A stretch of 64,000 bases of DNA, taken from the NCBI RefSeq assembly GCF_006345805.1, contig NC_043008.1, positions 12,338,001-12,402,000 on the forward strand. The letters are read 5' to 3'. Each line of letters opens with the position of its first letter. The stretch's first letter is position 1. The notes beneath the pieces were generated by a model that had not been told where the DNA came from, did no database searches, and saw only the letters and a program-made list of their open reading frames with translations. The stretch comes from Octopus sinensis (lineage: Eukaryota). Shown here in pieces: positions 38,137 to 52,547 of the stretch. A program made the position numbers and the translations under genes.

Positions 38137-38552
38137 GGCGCAGGAGTGGCTGTGTGGTAAGTAGCTTGCTAACCAGCCACATGGTTCTGGGTTCAGTCCC
38201 ACTGCGTGGCATCTTGGGCAAGTGTCTTCTGCTATAGCCCCGGGCCGACCAATGCCTTGTGAGTGGATTTGGTAGACGGAAACTGAAAGAAGCCTGTCGT
38301 ATATATGTATATATATATATATATGTGTGTGTGTTTGTGTGTCTGTGTTTGTCCCCCTAGCATTGTTTGACAACTGATGCTGGTGTGTTTATGTCCCCGT
38401 CACTTAGCGGTTTGGCAAAAAGAGACCGATAGAATAAGTACTGGGCTTACAAAGAATAAGTCCCGGGGTCGAGTTGCTCGACTAAAGGCGGTGCTCCAGC
38501 ATGGCCGCAGTCAAATGACTGAAACAAGTAAAAGAGTAAAGAGTAAAGAGTA
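38137..38552 (+). mobile_element. Family A SINE, full length
   Basis: ggcgcaggagtggctgtgtgg...gtaaaagagtaaagagtaaagag. Confidence 0.9.
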
Positions 38553-39699
38553 TATAATTCATGTCTTCTGTAGTTTTTTCATTCTGTTTTGTTTTTTATT
38601 TTTTAAACATCCAACCACGTGCTTTCACATACCATCTCTCTCGCCCTATATATAAATATAAATGTACATAAACACATATATATATATATACACACACATA
38701 TATATATACAAATACACACACACGCTCACACACAAACACACACACACACACTCATAGGTAATCATAGAAAAGAAAGTAGCATTTACCATATTTAGAAGAA
38801 ATTGTAAGCATTTAATAATAGAATGACTCAATGCCACATTTAGTTTCGTTGGCAGAATCTATCTATCTGTTCTCCTTAACTCTCTCTCTCTCTCTTTCTC
38901 TCAACACAAACACACACACACAAACACACATATATATATACATTATAATGCATCCACGTGTTTAATTGTTGTATGTATTTGCATTTCAGACATTTGTAGC
39001 TAAGGGAATGAAACAGCTAAAATCTAAAAGGGGAAAAAAAAAATTTATCTGCACACATCTACACACCCATCCAAACACTGATATCACATACTTACATACA
39101 CACATACATAAATACATACATACCACACACACACACACACACACACATGTACAAGAAATCCATTTCTCTTGCATTCCAATATATTTAGGGATATTATTCC
39201 ACAGTTTAATTAAAGGAAGCTCAAAAATAAATGGCACAATAGTTATTATCATTCCTTGCATTTCCATGTTCAATATGTTAATATTTACTTCTTCGTATTT
39301 CTCTTAGAATTTGCCTGAATGTCTTTTCATGACAATATGTTCCATTGATAGCCAACACTCAATACAAATGCCATGGGAATATTAACAGTCTGTTTAGGAT
39401 ATTCTTATTTTCACTGGATATAAAGCCAGCATTTGGAATGGGAAATAAAAGCATTCTCTTGATGTATAAATTTGGATGAGAATGTTCAACCATGAAAAGA
39501 TTCCTTGGGGATAATCTCTGTGACAAAAACAGACAGACACGAAGTATTCCGTTTGCAAACATTTATTTTACTTTGGCATGTAAAATAAGAATATTTTGGC
39601 AGGATATATGAAGAACGCTACCTTCGTGTATAAAAATGCGGAGGTTGAACATAATGCTAGGTTGCTCTATGTGTATTTATTGAGGCCTATTGTTATATA

Positions 39700-39972
39700 T
39701 GGAGGAATATGGCCTAGTAGTCAGAGCAGTGGACTCGCGGCCGAGGAATCATGGGTTCGAATCTCAGACCAGGCAATGTGTGAGTTTATGAGTGAAATAC
39801 CTAAGCTCCTTGCAGCTCCGGCAGAAGATAATGGCAAAACTTCTGCTGATTCTTTCGCCACAAATTTCTCTCGCACATTCTCCTGCATCTTGCAGCTCAC
39901 CTGTAACGGACCAGCATCCTGTCCAGGTGGGAAACCGGCCCTATGAGCCAGGTGGTTCTCAAGAAGGAACAA
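39700..39972 (+). mobile_element. Family D-like head with tail T2 (related partial copy on - at about 23395-23602)
   Basis: tggaggaatatggcctagtag...gcagctcacctgtaacggaccagcatcctgtccagg...ccggccctatgagcc. Confidence 0.7.
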
Positions 39973-40908
39973 TCATTGTTATACATATACACATATATTG
40001 GTATCGAAATTTGGCCCAAGGCCATCAATTCTGGTGGAGCAGAGTGAGTGAACTACATGTAAATATATGATGGATTCAAACAATAAATCCTGAAAGTCCA
40101 ATAGATAATATCACATAAACTATTCTGAGTCTTCCGAAAGTTTTATTTCTTAAAGAATAGTGAAAAACAATATAGGAAATTATACCAAATCCTGATAAAA
40201 TTACAAGAAACAAAGTGTTTTGCTGAAGAGAACAATGCATCACCCAGTCTAGGAATTGAATCCAGAATATTATGATTATGAGTGTAACACCCTAACAACT
40301 AGGCCATGTGCCTTTACTGATATAATTAATAACGAACTATTGACGTATTGATATATATCTAATTAGCTAACATATTAACTAATTAGATATATATCAATAT
40401 TCTATTCAGACTGATGACTCAGGAAAATTTCGCTTCATTGTTTGTATTTGTGTTATGAATCCTTTCCAACTTTTATTCGTTATTTTACCTGTTAAACACT
40501 ATCAACCTGTGTTCCATTTTTGCTTTATGAAGCAATTAATTCAAATGCGATAGTTTATTACTCACTTTTTTTATGTACAGAGAATCAAAGAACACTATAT
40601 TCAGTGTAGTCTTTATATTTTTACGACAGATCGAAGGAGATTTGGCTGTTATTTCTTGCAAACTGAATAACCACATACAGGCTACGTTTTGCTGAAAAAT
40701 AATACATTCGTTTACCTAGTTCCCATCTTTTCTATTACTTAGTAGTTCATTATTTACATTATTTACAATTAACGGATACTGTACTCTGTAGTTATTTTTT
40801 GTATTTTTGTTTTCAGTCCTGTGGTTTTGTTTCTAAAACTCAGCTTCTGTTTCTATATCAATTTCACTCTATCATTTTACTCCTTTTTACTTTGGAGAAA
40901 TAAAAAAA

Positions 40909-42258
40909 GCTGAGAACTAAGGAAAAGAATGTATTATTTTTCTGTAAAACATGGTCTGCATGTGGTTATTAATTTTACAAGAAATAACGGCCAAATTTCC
41001 TATTGCTGCCCCTCAGTACTACTCCCAGCTCACTTCAGGGGGGCCTTGCCTTATATATTACTTGGTGACCTCACTGCTGCTGCTGGGGTCAGGTAAAAAG
41101 CACCCAGTGCACTCTATAAAGTAGCTGGCATTAGGACGAGCATTCAGCTGTGGAAACCATGCCAAAGCAGAGACAGCTAAACAGCAGGGCTTAGTGCAGT
41201 ATTTCTGACATAACAATTTATGTTGGGCCATCCAAACCATGCTGAGAACTAAGGAAAAGAATGTATTATTTTTCAGTAAAACATGGTCTGCATGTAGTTG
41301 TTAATTTTACAAGAAATAATGGCCAAATTCTCTGTTGCTGCCCCTCAGTACTACTCCCACATCACTTGAGGGGGCCTTGCCTTATAAAGTACTTGGTGAC
41401 CTCACTGCTGCTGCTGCTGTTGTTGTTGTTGTTAAGCAACAAGACGTTTAAGGGTGGTTAGGTGATGGTCTAGGGCTTAGGGGCAAGAGACCCCAGACCT
41501 TGGAAAAAAAACTTTGGTCGTCTTGTTGTAGTCGAGGGCTCTTCGTTGACGCCTGACACCACTGGGAGGTGACCCTCGAAGTCGCTGGAAATGAAGATCT
41601 CCAGGTTTAAATTCTTGGACAGCTGCTGCTGGGGCCAGGTAAAAAGCACCCAGTACACTCTGTAAAGTAGCTGACATTAGGAAGAGTATTCAGCTGTAGA
41701 AACCATGCCAAAGCAGAGACAGCTAAATAGCAGGGCTTAGTGCAGTATTTCTGACTTAACAATTCATGTCGGACCATCCAAACGATGCTGAGAACTAAGG
41801 GAAAGAATGTATTATTTTTCAGTAAAACATGGTCTGCATGTAGTTATTAATTTTACAAGAAATAACAGCCAAATTCTCTGTTGCTGCCCCTCAGTACTAC
41901 TCCCACCTCACTTGAGGGGGCCTTGGCTTATAAATTACTTGGTGACCTCACTGCTGATGCTGCTGCTGCTGTTGTTGTTAAGCAACAAGACGGGTAAGGG
42001 TGGTTAGGTGATGGTCTAGGGCTTAGGGGCAGGAGACCCCAGACCTTGGAAAAAAAACTTTGGTCGTCTCGTTGTAGTCGAGGGCTCTTCGTTGACACCT
42101 GACACCACTGGGAGGTGGCCCTCGAAGTCGCTGGAAATGAAGATCTCCAGGTTCAAATTCTTGGATGCTGGAAACCAGGCCAAGGCAGAGACAGCTAAAC
42201 AGCAGGGCTTAGTGCAGTATTTCTGAGTTAACAATTCCTGTTGAGCCATCCAAACCAT
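40909..42258 (+). repeat. Three-unit tandem duplication (332, 546 and 472 bp) with an approximately 205-bp insertion in units 2 and 3
   Basis: Units start gctgagaactaagg at 40909, 41241 and 41787. Confidence 0.85.
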
Positions 42259-43491
42259 GACAGCAGACATTAAACAAGGATGACAACGACGATGATGATG
42301 AAGTTTTTTTAGAACTTTTAGATTTGAAAAAAATCGTTTGTATGTATGTGTGTGCATGTGAGATAAATTGTAACTTACTCTTCTTAAACTTAAGGATTAT
42401 CAATCCTATTTTTTTCAATCATCGTCTTAGAACTTTTTCTGGTTATTGATTTTCAATACGAGGACTATACTTAAAAATAAAATATCACTTTCTGCAATAT
42501 TTTACTTTTAAATTACTTTTGGTGTTTAACCCAATTTATTGAATCACGGAATATATTGACACAATTTGATTTTAGTTTTCTTCCTTCGTATCTTTTATCT
42601 TTTATCTTTTATTTGTGTCAGTCATTAGACTGGGGCCAGGCTGGAGCATTGCCTTCAAGAATTTTAGTTGAACAGATCGATCCCCCAGGACTAAAGTTAT
42701 TTTATTTTTAAAACTAGGGCTTCCTCTATTGGACTCTTGTCAAGCAGAGATGAAGGAGACAAACAGACAGGCAGACACACACACACATACACAGACTCAC
42801 ACACACACACTCACATACTCACACACACATGCACACACACACAACTTTGGTTGACGGAAACTAAAAGAAGCTTGTCATATGTGTGTATGTGTGTGTTGTG
42901 TGTGTATGTGTGTGCCTTTGTGTTTGTATTTGTCCCCACCCTCACCCCGCCGCTTGACAACGAGTGTTGGTGTGTTTACATACCTGTAACTTACCAGTTT
43001 GACAAAAGAGGCCGATAAAATAAGTGCTAGGCTTTCAAAGAAATAAGTCCTGGGGTTGGTTTGTTCGAACTAAAACCCTTCAAGCTGGTTCCTCAGTATG
43101 GCTGCAGTCAAATAACTGAAACAACTAAATGATATATACACAATGGGCTTCTTTCAGTTTCCACCTCAAAATCTATTCACAAGGTTTTTGATCAGCCCAA
43201 ATCTATAGTAAAAGACACTCGCCCAAGGTGCCATGCAGTGGGACTGAACCCGGAACCATGTCGTTGAGAAGCAGTCTGCTTACCACACAGCCACTCCAGC
43301 ACCTGTGGAATGTTATACTGCAATGTATACATTACCTTAGTTCTTTCTTCCCTTCTTTTTATCTTATATCCTGTTATTACAGATGTAAAATTTGATTTAA
43401 GTTATTAAAGATTTTAGTTCAAAAAAGAAGAGATCTTTAGAATTCTTGCTTCGGCTCATTTTTGTTTTTAATGCTAAAAATAAACACATAT

Positions 43492-43903
43492 GCAGGAGTG
43501 GCTGTGTGGTAAGTAGCTTGCTAACCAACCACATGGTTCCGGGTTCAGTCCCACTGCGTGGCACCTTGGGCAAGTGTCTTCTGCTATAGCCCCGGGCCGA
43601 CCAATGCCTTGTGAGTGGATTTGGTAGACGGAAACTGAAAGAAGCCTGTCGTGTATATGTATATATATATATGTATGTGTGTGTATGTGTTTGTGTGTCT
43701 GTGTTTGTCCCCCCTAGCATTGCTTGACAACCGATGCTGGTGTGTTTACGGCCCTGTCACCTAGCGGTTCGGCAAAAGAGACCGATAGAATAAGTACTGG
43801 GCTTAGAAAAAGAATAAGTCCCGGGGTCGATTTGCTCGACTAAAGGCGGTGCTCCAGCATGGCCGCAGTCAAATGACTGAAACAAGTAAAAGAGTAAAAG
43901 AGA
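43492..43903 (+). mobile_element. Family A SINE, full length
   Basis: Near-identical to 38137-38552. Confidence 0.9.
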
Positions 43904-44577
43904 GAATATGCTAGGATTCTTAAATTATTGTTGACATTCAGATATGTTTAAAGCAGTTTAAAACAGTTTAAATCAGTCACAAAGCTGGGAGTGATTCACC
44001 CTTGTTAAATATCTAAAATTAATCGGCAAATCCCATAACATTTGAATGTTAGAGAAACCGTTTAATTATTATACGAAGCAAGTTATAGACTTGCAGGCAA
44101 TTGTATTCCATAGTCTGCTCAGCAGAGATTTTCTAATGATATAAATTAGTTAAATTATCAATGAACGAATATATCAATCAATACTTGTGATTATGTCTCT
44201 TGGTAGAAATGATATCAAGAAATAAATACTGATGGGATTCTTATTAAAATGCTTTAACCATTCAAACCGTCGCTGTATGGATGTGGTTGTTGAGCATATT
44301 AATGTATGCGGTGGTTTGTGAAGTTGGCATCTCTTTTCTGCGGAATTTATAACGGAATTCCTCTGAGTTAGAAAACTTTTGGCAACAGTTGAGACAATGA
44401 GGAAAAACAAACTATGTAAAAAACAAAAAAAAGGAAAAGTGAAAAATAAAAAAGGAAAAGTAAAAAGGACTGGAAGAGCTTTCCGGTATTTTAGTTACAG
44501 ATGTTGGGTTGTGAGTTCAAATGCTGACCAGGGTTCACTCTGTTTTTCGTTGCTCTAAGCTTTCTTTATAAAATGAA

Positions 44578-44688
44578 TTACCTACTCCTCCTCCTCCTCT
44601 TCCTCCTCATCATCATCACCTTCACCATCATCATCACCATCATAATCATCATCATCATCATCATCATCACCATCATCATCACCATCAC

Positions 44689-44732
<44 letters not shown>

Positions 44733-44939
44733 CCACCATCACCATCATCACCATCATCATCACCTTCACCATCATCATCACCATCATCACCATCATCATC
44801 ATCATCATCACCATCACCATCACCTTCATCATCATCACCACCAACATCACCATCACCATCATCATCATCATCATCATCACCATCATCATTGCCATCACCA
44901 CCACCACCATCACCATCATCATCATCATCATCACCATCA

Positions 44940-44970
<31 letters not shown>
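44578..44970. repeat. (ATC/ACC)n microsatellite
   Basis: Direct reading. Confidence 0.95.
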
Positions 44971-44984
44971 CCTTTAACATCCCT

Positions 44985-45100
44985 GAAAGTTTCATCTGAA
45001 TCCATCCAGCGGTTCTTGTGATATCTTGTCCATGGACAAACAAAAAACAAACAAATGCGATTGAAAACAATGCATCCACCTTTGCTAAGGTGGAAGTAAT
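44985..45100 (+). mobile_element. Possible Helentron/DINE-like non-autonomous element end
   Basis: aaagtttcatctgaatccatccagcggttcttgtgatatc...acaaacaaa...tccacctttgctaaggtgga terminal mini-hairpin; resemblance only. Confidence 0.35.
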
Positions 45101-45464
45101 ATAAGAACGGAGTATTGATGAGGAATGGGGAGTTGGTTTTGTGCCAGATGCTGGGAGTTTAAAGGATGAAAGGGTAAGAAATGTAGGTGATACTAGGCTA
45201 CCCCAGGTGGGAGGAGCTGGGAAGAAGAGAAGATGGTAGTGATGAGGTGTCAAAGAATAAAGAGGTGAGCATGAAAGATGGTATAGACAGTAGATCAGGT
45301 GGGGAAACAGGTGATGGTGTTAGGAGTATAATTATATTAATTATATTAAAGACAAGTTAATTAGTATGTGTGAGTTATTATGTCAACTAAATATTGGATA
45401 AACCAATCAAGAAGTTTGAAATTTAATTAGCAACTAACAATTAAACAATAAAAGACATTAAGGT

Positions 45465-46255
45465 GGAAAGCTGGCAGAATCGTTAGCACACTGGGCAATA
45501 TGCATGCTGCTGTTTCATCTGTATGTTCTGAGTTCAAATCCTTCAAAGGTCAGCTTTATCTTTTTTTCTTTTGGGATTGATAAAAAGACGACCAGTTGAG
45601 AACTGGGGTCAATGTAATCGACTTACTCCCTTCCCTGAACTTACTGGCCTTGTGCCAAAATTTGAAATCAAATAATCGTTTCTTCTCTAGGCACAAGGCC
45701 TGAAAGTTTTGGGTAGATGGCCAGTCGATTAGATCAATACCAGTATGCAAATGGTACTTAATTTATCGATCATGAAAGGCAAAGCCACCCTCAGTGGAAT
45801 TTGAACTCAGAACATGAAAACAGACAAAATCCTGCTAAGCATTTTGCCCAGCATGCTACAGTTTCGGTTAGCCTGTCACCTTCATAATAATAATAATAAT
45901 AATAATAATGATAATAATAATGATCCTTTCTACTATAGGCACAAGGCCCAAAATTTTTTTGAGGGGACAATCAATCGGATTGACCCCGGTATGCAACTGG
46001 TACCTAATTTGTGATCCCGAAAAGATGAAAGGCAAAGTTGACTTCGGTGGAATTTGAACAGACGAAATACTGCTAAGCATTTCGCCCAGCATGCTGGCCA
46101 CCTTAATTTGAAATCAAATAAGGAAAGACATCTTAGGTTGACTTAGCCTTTCATCGTTTCAAGGTCGATAAAATAAGTACCAAATTGAGCACTGGGGCTG
46201 ATGTATTCGACTTAGCCCCTCCCTCAAAATTGCCGGCCTTGTACCAAAATTAAAA
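45465..46255. mobile_element. Four family B copies in +,-,-,+ orientation
   Basis: Head, central and tail modules alternate strand (about 45465-45670 +, 45680-45860 -, 45930-46100 -, 46135-46255 +). Confidence 0.65.
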
Positions 46256-46359
46256 ACCAATATAACACGAAGCTGATGTTGTTAAAGTATTCCTATGTTG
46301 TAATGGTTTTTCAGTGAGAGACTCACAGAAGTCTGAAATTTTCCCCAGAATTTTCCCCA

Positions 46360-47031
46360 GGCGCAGGAGTGGCTGCGTGGTAAGTAGCTTGCTAACCAAC
46401 CACATGGTTCCAGGTTCAGTCCCACTGCGTGGCATCTTGGGCAAGTGTCTTCTGCTATAGCCCCAGGCCGACAAATGCCTTGTGAGTGGATTTGGTAGAC
46501 GGAAACTGAAAGAAGCTTGTCGTATATATGTATATATATATATATATAAGTGTGTGTGTATGTGTTTGTGTGTCTGTATTTGTCCCCCCTAGCATTGCTT
46601 GTAGGAGTGGCTGTGTGGTAAGTAGCTTGCTTACCAACCACATGGTTCAGGGTTCAGTCCCACTGCGTGGCAACATGGGCAAGTGCCTTCTACTATAGCC
46701 TCGGGCCGACCAAAGCCTTTTGAGTGGATTTTGTAGACAGAAACTGAAAGAAGCCTGTCGTATATATGTATGTGTATATATATATATATATGTGTGTGTA
46801 TATGTTTGTGTGCCTGTGTTTGTCCCCCCTAGCATTGCTTGACAACCGATGCTGGTGTGTTTACGTCCCCGTCACTTAGCGGTTCGGCAAAAAGAGACCG
46901 ATAGAATAAGTACTGGGCTTACAAAAAGAATAAGTCCCGGGGTCGATTTGCTCGACTGAAAAAGGCGGTGCTCCAGCATGGCCGCAGTCAAATGACTGAA
47001 ACAAGTAAAAGAGTAAAGAGTAAAGAGTAAA
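46360..47031 (+). mobile_element. Tandem family A SINEs: 3'-truncated copy 46360-46601 fused to a full copy 46603-47031
   Basis: Junction ccctagcattgcttg|taggagtggctgtgtgg. Confidence 0.85.
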
Positions 47032-47662
47032 GGGAGAATAATCAGCTTTTCATGTTATCAAAATGCATTTGTATTTAGTTTACGTAGTTCTATGTTAACA
47101 ATTCAATAGCGAGATTAGATTGTTAGGATGCTATTTGCACACAGTATAATGATCAGCTTTTTATGGTTTCATTCACAGCTGAAGACAAATGTAGTTGATA
47201 TATCTTTAACAAACTGACGTACGGCTGATTAACTTCTTTATAGCCATGGGCCATTAGCAATTAACTTGCCGTATCAAAGTAGACAAATAGACGATAATTG
47301 GATAATTGTGTGAAATTATCAAAATATAATGTATTGAATGAATAGCCATGATATTAACGTTAACATATCTATATATGTTTATATTGAATGGTATGAAAAA
47401 TTAAACCAGGCATACTAGAGAAAGTTATCGGTACTTAGCTACAATATACAAATGAAATTTTGGTAAAAACCAATAAAACGTATTGTTAGGAAGCGAACAT
47501 GTTCGTATGGCTACCCATTTAAGATAAATATTTTCCATTTCTTAATACTTGCTTAACTATAGACCGGTCAATTTCTATCTTTTACATGTTTCAGTCATTG
47601 GACTGAGGCCAAGCTGGAGTACTGCTTTGATGAGTTTTGGTTGGATAGATTGAGCGTGGCCT

Positions 47663-48223
47663 AAGGTGGCAAGCTGGCAGAAACATTAGCAAGCCAGGCG
47701 AAATGCTCAGCGGTATTTTGACTGCCGCTACGTTCCGAGTTCAAATTCCGCCGAGGTCGACTTTGCCTTTCATCCTTTCGGGGTTGATAAATTAAGTACT
47801 TGTTGTGTACTGGGGTCGATCAGGAGTGGGTGTGTGGTAAGAAGCTTGCTTACTAATCACATGGTTCTGGGTTCAGTCCCACTGCGTGACACCTTTGGCA
47901 AGTGTCTTCTACTATAACATCAGGCTGGCCAAAGCTTTGTGAGTGGATTTGGTAGACAGAAACTGAAAGAAGCCCGTCCTGTATATATATACAGGTGTGT
48001 GTGTTTATATGTATGTATTTGTGTGTCTGTGTTTGTCTCCACACCATCGCTTGACAACTGATGTTGGTATGTTTACGTCCCTGTAACTTAGCAGTTCAGC
48101 AAAAGAGACCGATAGGATAAGTACTAGGCTTACAAAGAATATGTCTCGGTGGGGTCGATTTGTTCAACTAAAGGTGTTGCTCCAGCATCGCCACAGTCAA
48201 ATGACTGAAACAAGTAAAAGAAT
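47663..48223 (+). mobile_element. Family B SINE 5' part (47663-47820) directly followed by a family A SINE (47821-48223)
   Basis: Junction tactggggtcgat|caggagtgg. Confidence 0.8.
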
Positions 48224-49149
48224 AACAAGTAGACACAACCCCCCCCCCCAACACACACACAGATACACAGACACAGACACTCGTTCACACACACAGACAC
48301 ACACACACACACACATTTATACACTTAAGAAATGGTCCATATATTTCTATCCTTCTGCTTTCTTTGTATACCTTTCATTAAATATAATTAAATATCATTA
48401 GACTTTTCACACCTATTTCTTTGATGTCGCAAACTTCACACCTACACAGTTTGAACATTTTTTCATTATTTTTAAACCCTTCTTCCACGCTTTTTTAAAG
48501 TTTTTTTTTTATTCTTTTAATTACTTTTCTTGATGATGCTGCATAGATCTTTAACTTCTTCACATTTATAGAAAAATAAATAATAAAAATACTGAAAATA
48601 GATTTCAGCAAAAAACATAAACTCTTCAATAATCAATATAACATTTTGATTTTGTTGTGAAAACTTTACATTTTTTCCTATTATATTGCAATTTACAATT
48701 CTTTAAGTCTTCTACTCTTGTAATAGATTCCTTATAATATAACCAAAAAAATGTTCAGTTTCTGATTATATTTGATTAACATTTGTAATTAAGAACTGCA
48801 AGATTCTTGTCTTCACTGGCAACTAACCTTACAGAAGTAACTGGTGAGGCTTGCGAGGGCGCTTGGCTGTTCCAGTGCACCAGCCTCGCCATCAACTGCG
48901 GCAATGCTGCAGCCGTGCTGATATGTCTCAATAGCCATTAGAAAGGTTCCCCAGCGCCCCCAACTTTTCAAACCATGGTGGTGAATTGTTTTTTTTTCTC
49001 TTTTTTCTTTCATTTTTTTTTTAAAGTTTTTTAATTGGGTTTTCTGTTCTGTCCAGTTTTCTAGTTTGATTTTGTAAAATGGTAAACACTCTGAAGGCAA
49101 TAAAATAAAAGTATATATAAAAAAAAACTAAGAACTTTAATCTGGAGGT

Positions 49150-49665
49150 GAAGCATGACCTTCAAATGTTGGGCCTCACAGAAGCAATGACAAAAGACCG
49201 AGACATCTGGAGATATGTTGTGATTGAGAAGACCCGACAAGGAAAGTGAGATCACAACCGTAGCCTATACCGGTGACGCATAACCATCCCATTTAAAAAG
49301 TACCTTTGAATCGTTGGGCAACACACCATGCTTGAGGAGACCTATTGAATCAAGTAAAATCAAAATCAAAAATCAAATCCTAATCGATTGGAAATTGTAG
49401 TTGTGGCCGATGCCAGTGCCACCTCACTGGCTCCCATGCTGGTGGCACATAAAGAACACCATCTGAATGTGGTCGATGCCAGCCCCACTGCCCCGGTTGG
49501 CTTCTGTGCAGGTAGCATGTAAAAAGCACCATCCAAATATAGCCGATGCCAGTGCCGCCTGACTGGCTCCCATGCCGGTGGCAGGTAAAAAACACCACTA
49601 CACTCTCAGAGTGGTTGGTGTGAGGAAGGGCATCCAGCTATAGAAACATTGCCAGATCAGACTCA
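49150..49665 (+). mobile_element. Family E fragment lacking the extreme 3' end
   Basis: ORF-end motif gggcctcacagaagcaatgac...gagaagaccc and UTR repeat units. Confidence 0.7.
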
Positions 49666-50119
49666 CACATACACATATATATCTACAATATCTTGTGTAT
49701 ACAGATAGCAATATGGCATCTACTGTTATGCTTAGAGCTCCATGTAGACTTTCTCATGCCGCGGTCTACTTCCATTACAGTGATTAAATAACTATCAAAC
49801 ATAATAGTAATACTAGTTACGAAACACAGTAAATTTTGGAGATATTTAGATAAACACATGTTAGTTACTGTGTACATTTCTTCATTATGGCATATAACCA
49901 CATATATATATATAATATAAAATTGATATAAAATGGTCAGAATGGTGTGTGAGATTGATTGACTGATTTTTAAATTTCTGTCATGTTAAGAGATATGAAT
50001 TTATAGAGGAAATGCTAACAGTTGATAGCAGAATTTTTTTCCCCCCCTTATTACTTTCTATATTCATGCTCCACATTCAGGGAGTAAAATTATGTTATGG
50101 AAGGAATAAAAACAACATT

Positions 50120-50188
50120 AAAACATACATACATACATATATATATATATGTGTGTATATATATATATAATATATATATATATATATG

Positions 50189-50234
<46 letters not shown>

Positions 50235-50278
50235 TATATATATATATATACATATATATATAATATATATAATATATA

Positions 50279-50323
<45 letters not shown>

Positions 50324-50603
50324 TATATCTATATATTTACTTGGTTTTGATTTTATGTTTTCGTCTCTTATTGTGTTCAACGTTTTTTTTTGGTGTCCTG
50401 TACCCATATATGCATGTCTATATACATATAGATGTAGGTAAGTACATATATGTATGTATATATGCATATGTTTTATTTATTATTTCGTTATTATATGATG
50501 GAACACCATGCATCCGCTTCCAACTAAGTTTTATCTGATATATATATATACATACATATATACACATATATATACATATATACATAAATACATATATACA
50601 TAT

Positions 50604-50688
<85 letters not shown>

Positions 50689-50790
50689 ATGTATGTATAT
50701 TTTGCAAAACAAAGATGTGTAGCCTTGGCATATATAAGCATGTTTTTGTTATGTTAAATTACATTATTTATATATATATATATATGTATA
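50120..50790. repeat. (TA)n-rich microsatellite tracts
   Basis: Direct reading. Confidence 0.9.
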
Positions 50791-52367
50791 TTTTTGGGGG
50801 GTTTTACTTTTTCCATATGCATGAACTGAATTCCTCTGATGCGGTTCCGTCTATCTATAGTCATCTCTTTCCTTTAACCACATCAATCTTGCTTTTGTTT
50901 TACGATTATTTTGTTTTTCGATTATATTGTTTTTTATTTCTTATTTGTCTTTTAGTAGCTTTGCTTTTCATCTTGATAGCATTACATTACTTCTGGAAAA
51001 TTTATTTTGTGCTTCTTTGGTATTTTTTTTTTTCCATTTTTATGTATGTATGTGTGTGTGTGAGTGTGTATGTGTACTTTTGCGATTCCATTGCTCCTAG
51101 CTAACCTAACTGTCAAAAACAGGAATAAGCCAGTTCTGGAAATTTGTACATTTATGAACAGAAGAAAAGAACAGAGCATAAAAAAAAAGACCTGTTCACA
51201 CCTAGCTTTGTAGTTTAGATTCTAGGTTACATATTATTACCTGTCAGGCATCATTTAAAGCAATAACGATTATGTATATTACAAAAGTAAAAAAAAAAAG
51301 AAAAGAACTAAAAAAAAAAACAAGGAAATAAATCATTTTCTTTGTGCTTTGAGATTTGAATTTCTTTATATATATATTTTTTTTTTTTTTTTGGCTGTGG
51401 CATATATTCTGAAATCTTTTGATTTTAAAGTTATTGTCTTTTATTCCAACATTTTTCTGAGAAAGAAGAAAAAAAAACAAACGTAAAAATGATCATGTTA
51501 CAGGTATAAATTGCTCGTATATCCATAAAGAAAAACAAGCTCTGTAAAAAGTAAGAAACGGCAACGACATATCTGCAATAATACTAGAATTCTGCGATAA
51601 TGTCCCATTACAAAAGACACTTCCATAAGCCGACACTTAAATCACATTTTTATCAATGGATATGAAACGAAATCTGAAGAAGACACCTGATATTAATAAT
51701 GAGAGATGAGACAGTATAGGTGTAAATATTAACTGCTGAGGTCATTAAGCTGAAAAAATTACAATCCTATAAAATAAATTTTTCTGCTGTGTCTGGGGAG
51801 AGTCATTTTCTTTTTGTGCCTTATAATGTAATACACTCACCGGTTAAATTTCCACTTTTTTCTTATTTATATTTTCCTAAAATTTTCATTGCGTCTTGCA
51901 ACCTTTTCAATAGACACAAAAAAAAGAAAATGACTCTCCCCAGACACAATAATAATATGCTTCAACACACGAACTCATATAAAGAATCTTGCAAACCAAA
52001 TCTAAAAATGAAATATTTTTCTGCATTAACCTTTTAATAACCAGATTACTCAGCCAAATGTAATGTTCGTTTAATACTGTTTTGAATTACTTGTGCATTA
52101 TCTTATAGCTTCAATTTTTTCGACAATGTGCTTGTATATGCTTAGAATGACATTGTAGGGTAGGTGTGAGAGGCTGGATCTGGTTGATTCGAACATCAAA
52201 TAGATAGGATATTCAGGTTGAGTATAGCTGATTGATTCAAATGCCATATTCAAATTTCAACCTGTCTGATGCTCTGTTAACTGAGGCAATCATGGCTTTC
52301 ATATCATCATCATCACCATCATCCTCATCATCATCACCATCACCATCACCATCACCATCACCATCAC

Positions 52368-52401
<34 letters not shown>

Positions 52402-52547
52402 TGTTTTGGCTTGGTCCCTACACCTGGATACCCATCCAAACACCAACCGCTTTACAGAGTGGTTAAAATTTGAATATTAGAGTATTTTAGTCCTAGAATT
52501 ATAAAATATCAACAACTCTACTAAAAACATATCTTAATGTTGCTGTT

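Noticed and set aside
40815-40912. Acceptor-like tttcag followed by a short open frame
   Set aside because: In the phase required by the Ig exon it stops after six codons (VLWFCF*), and it adjoins a tandem duplication.
45100-45330. Possible CR1/L2 RT C-terminal remnant on the minus strand
   Set aside because: Similarity is too weak to support by eye; needs a profile search.
47169-47188. Possible phase-1 terminal exon after tttcattcacag (AEDKCS*)
   Set aside because: Only an acceptor-like motif supports it; a short stop-terminated frame like this is expected by chance.
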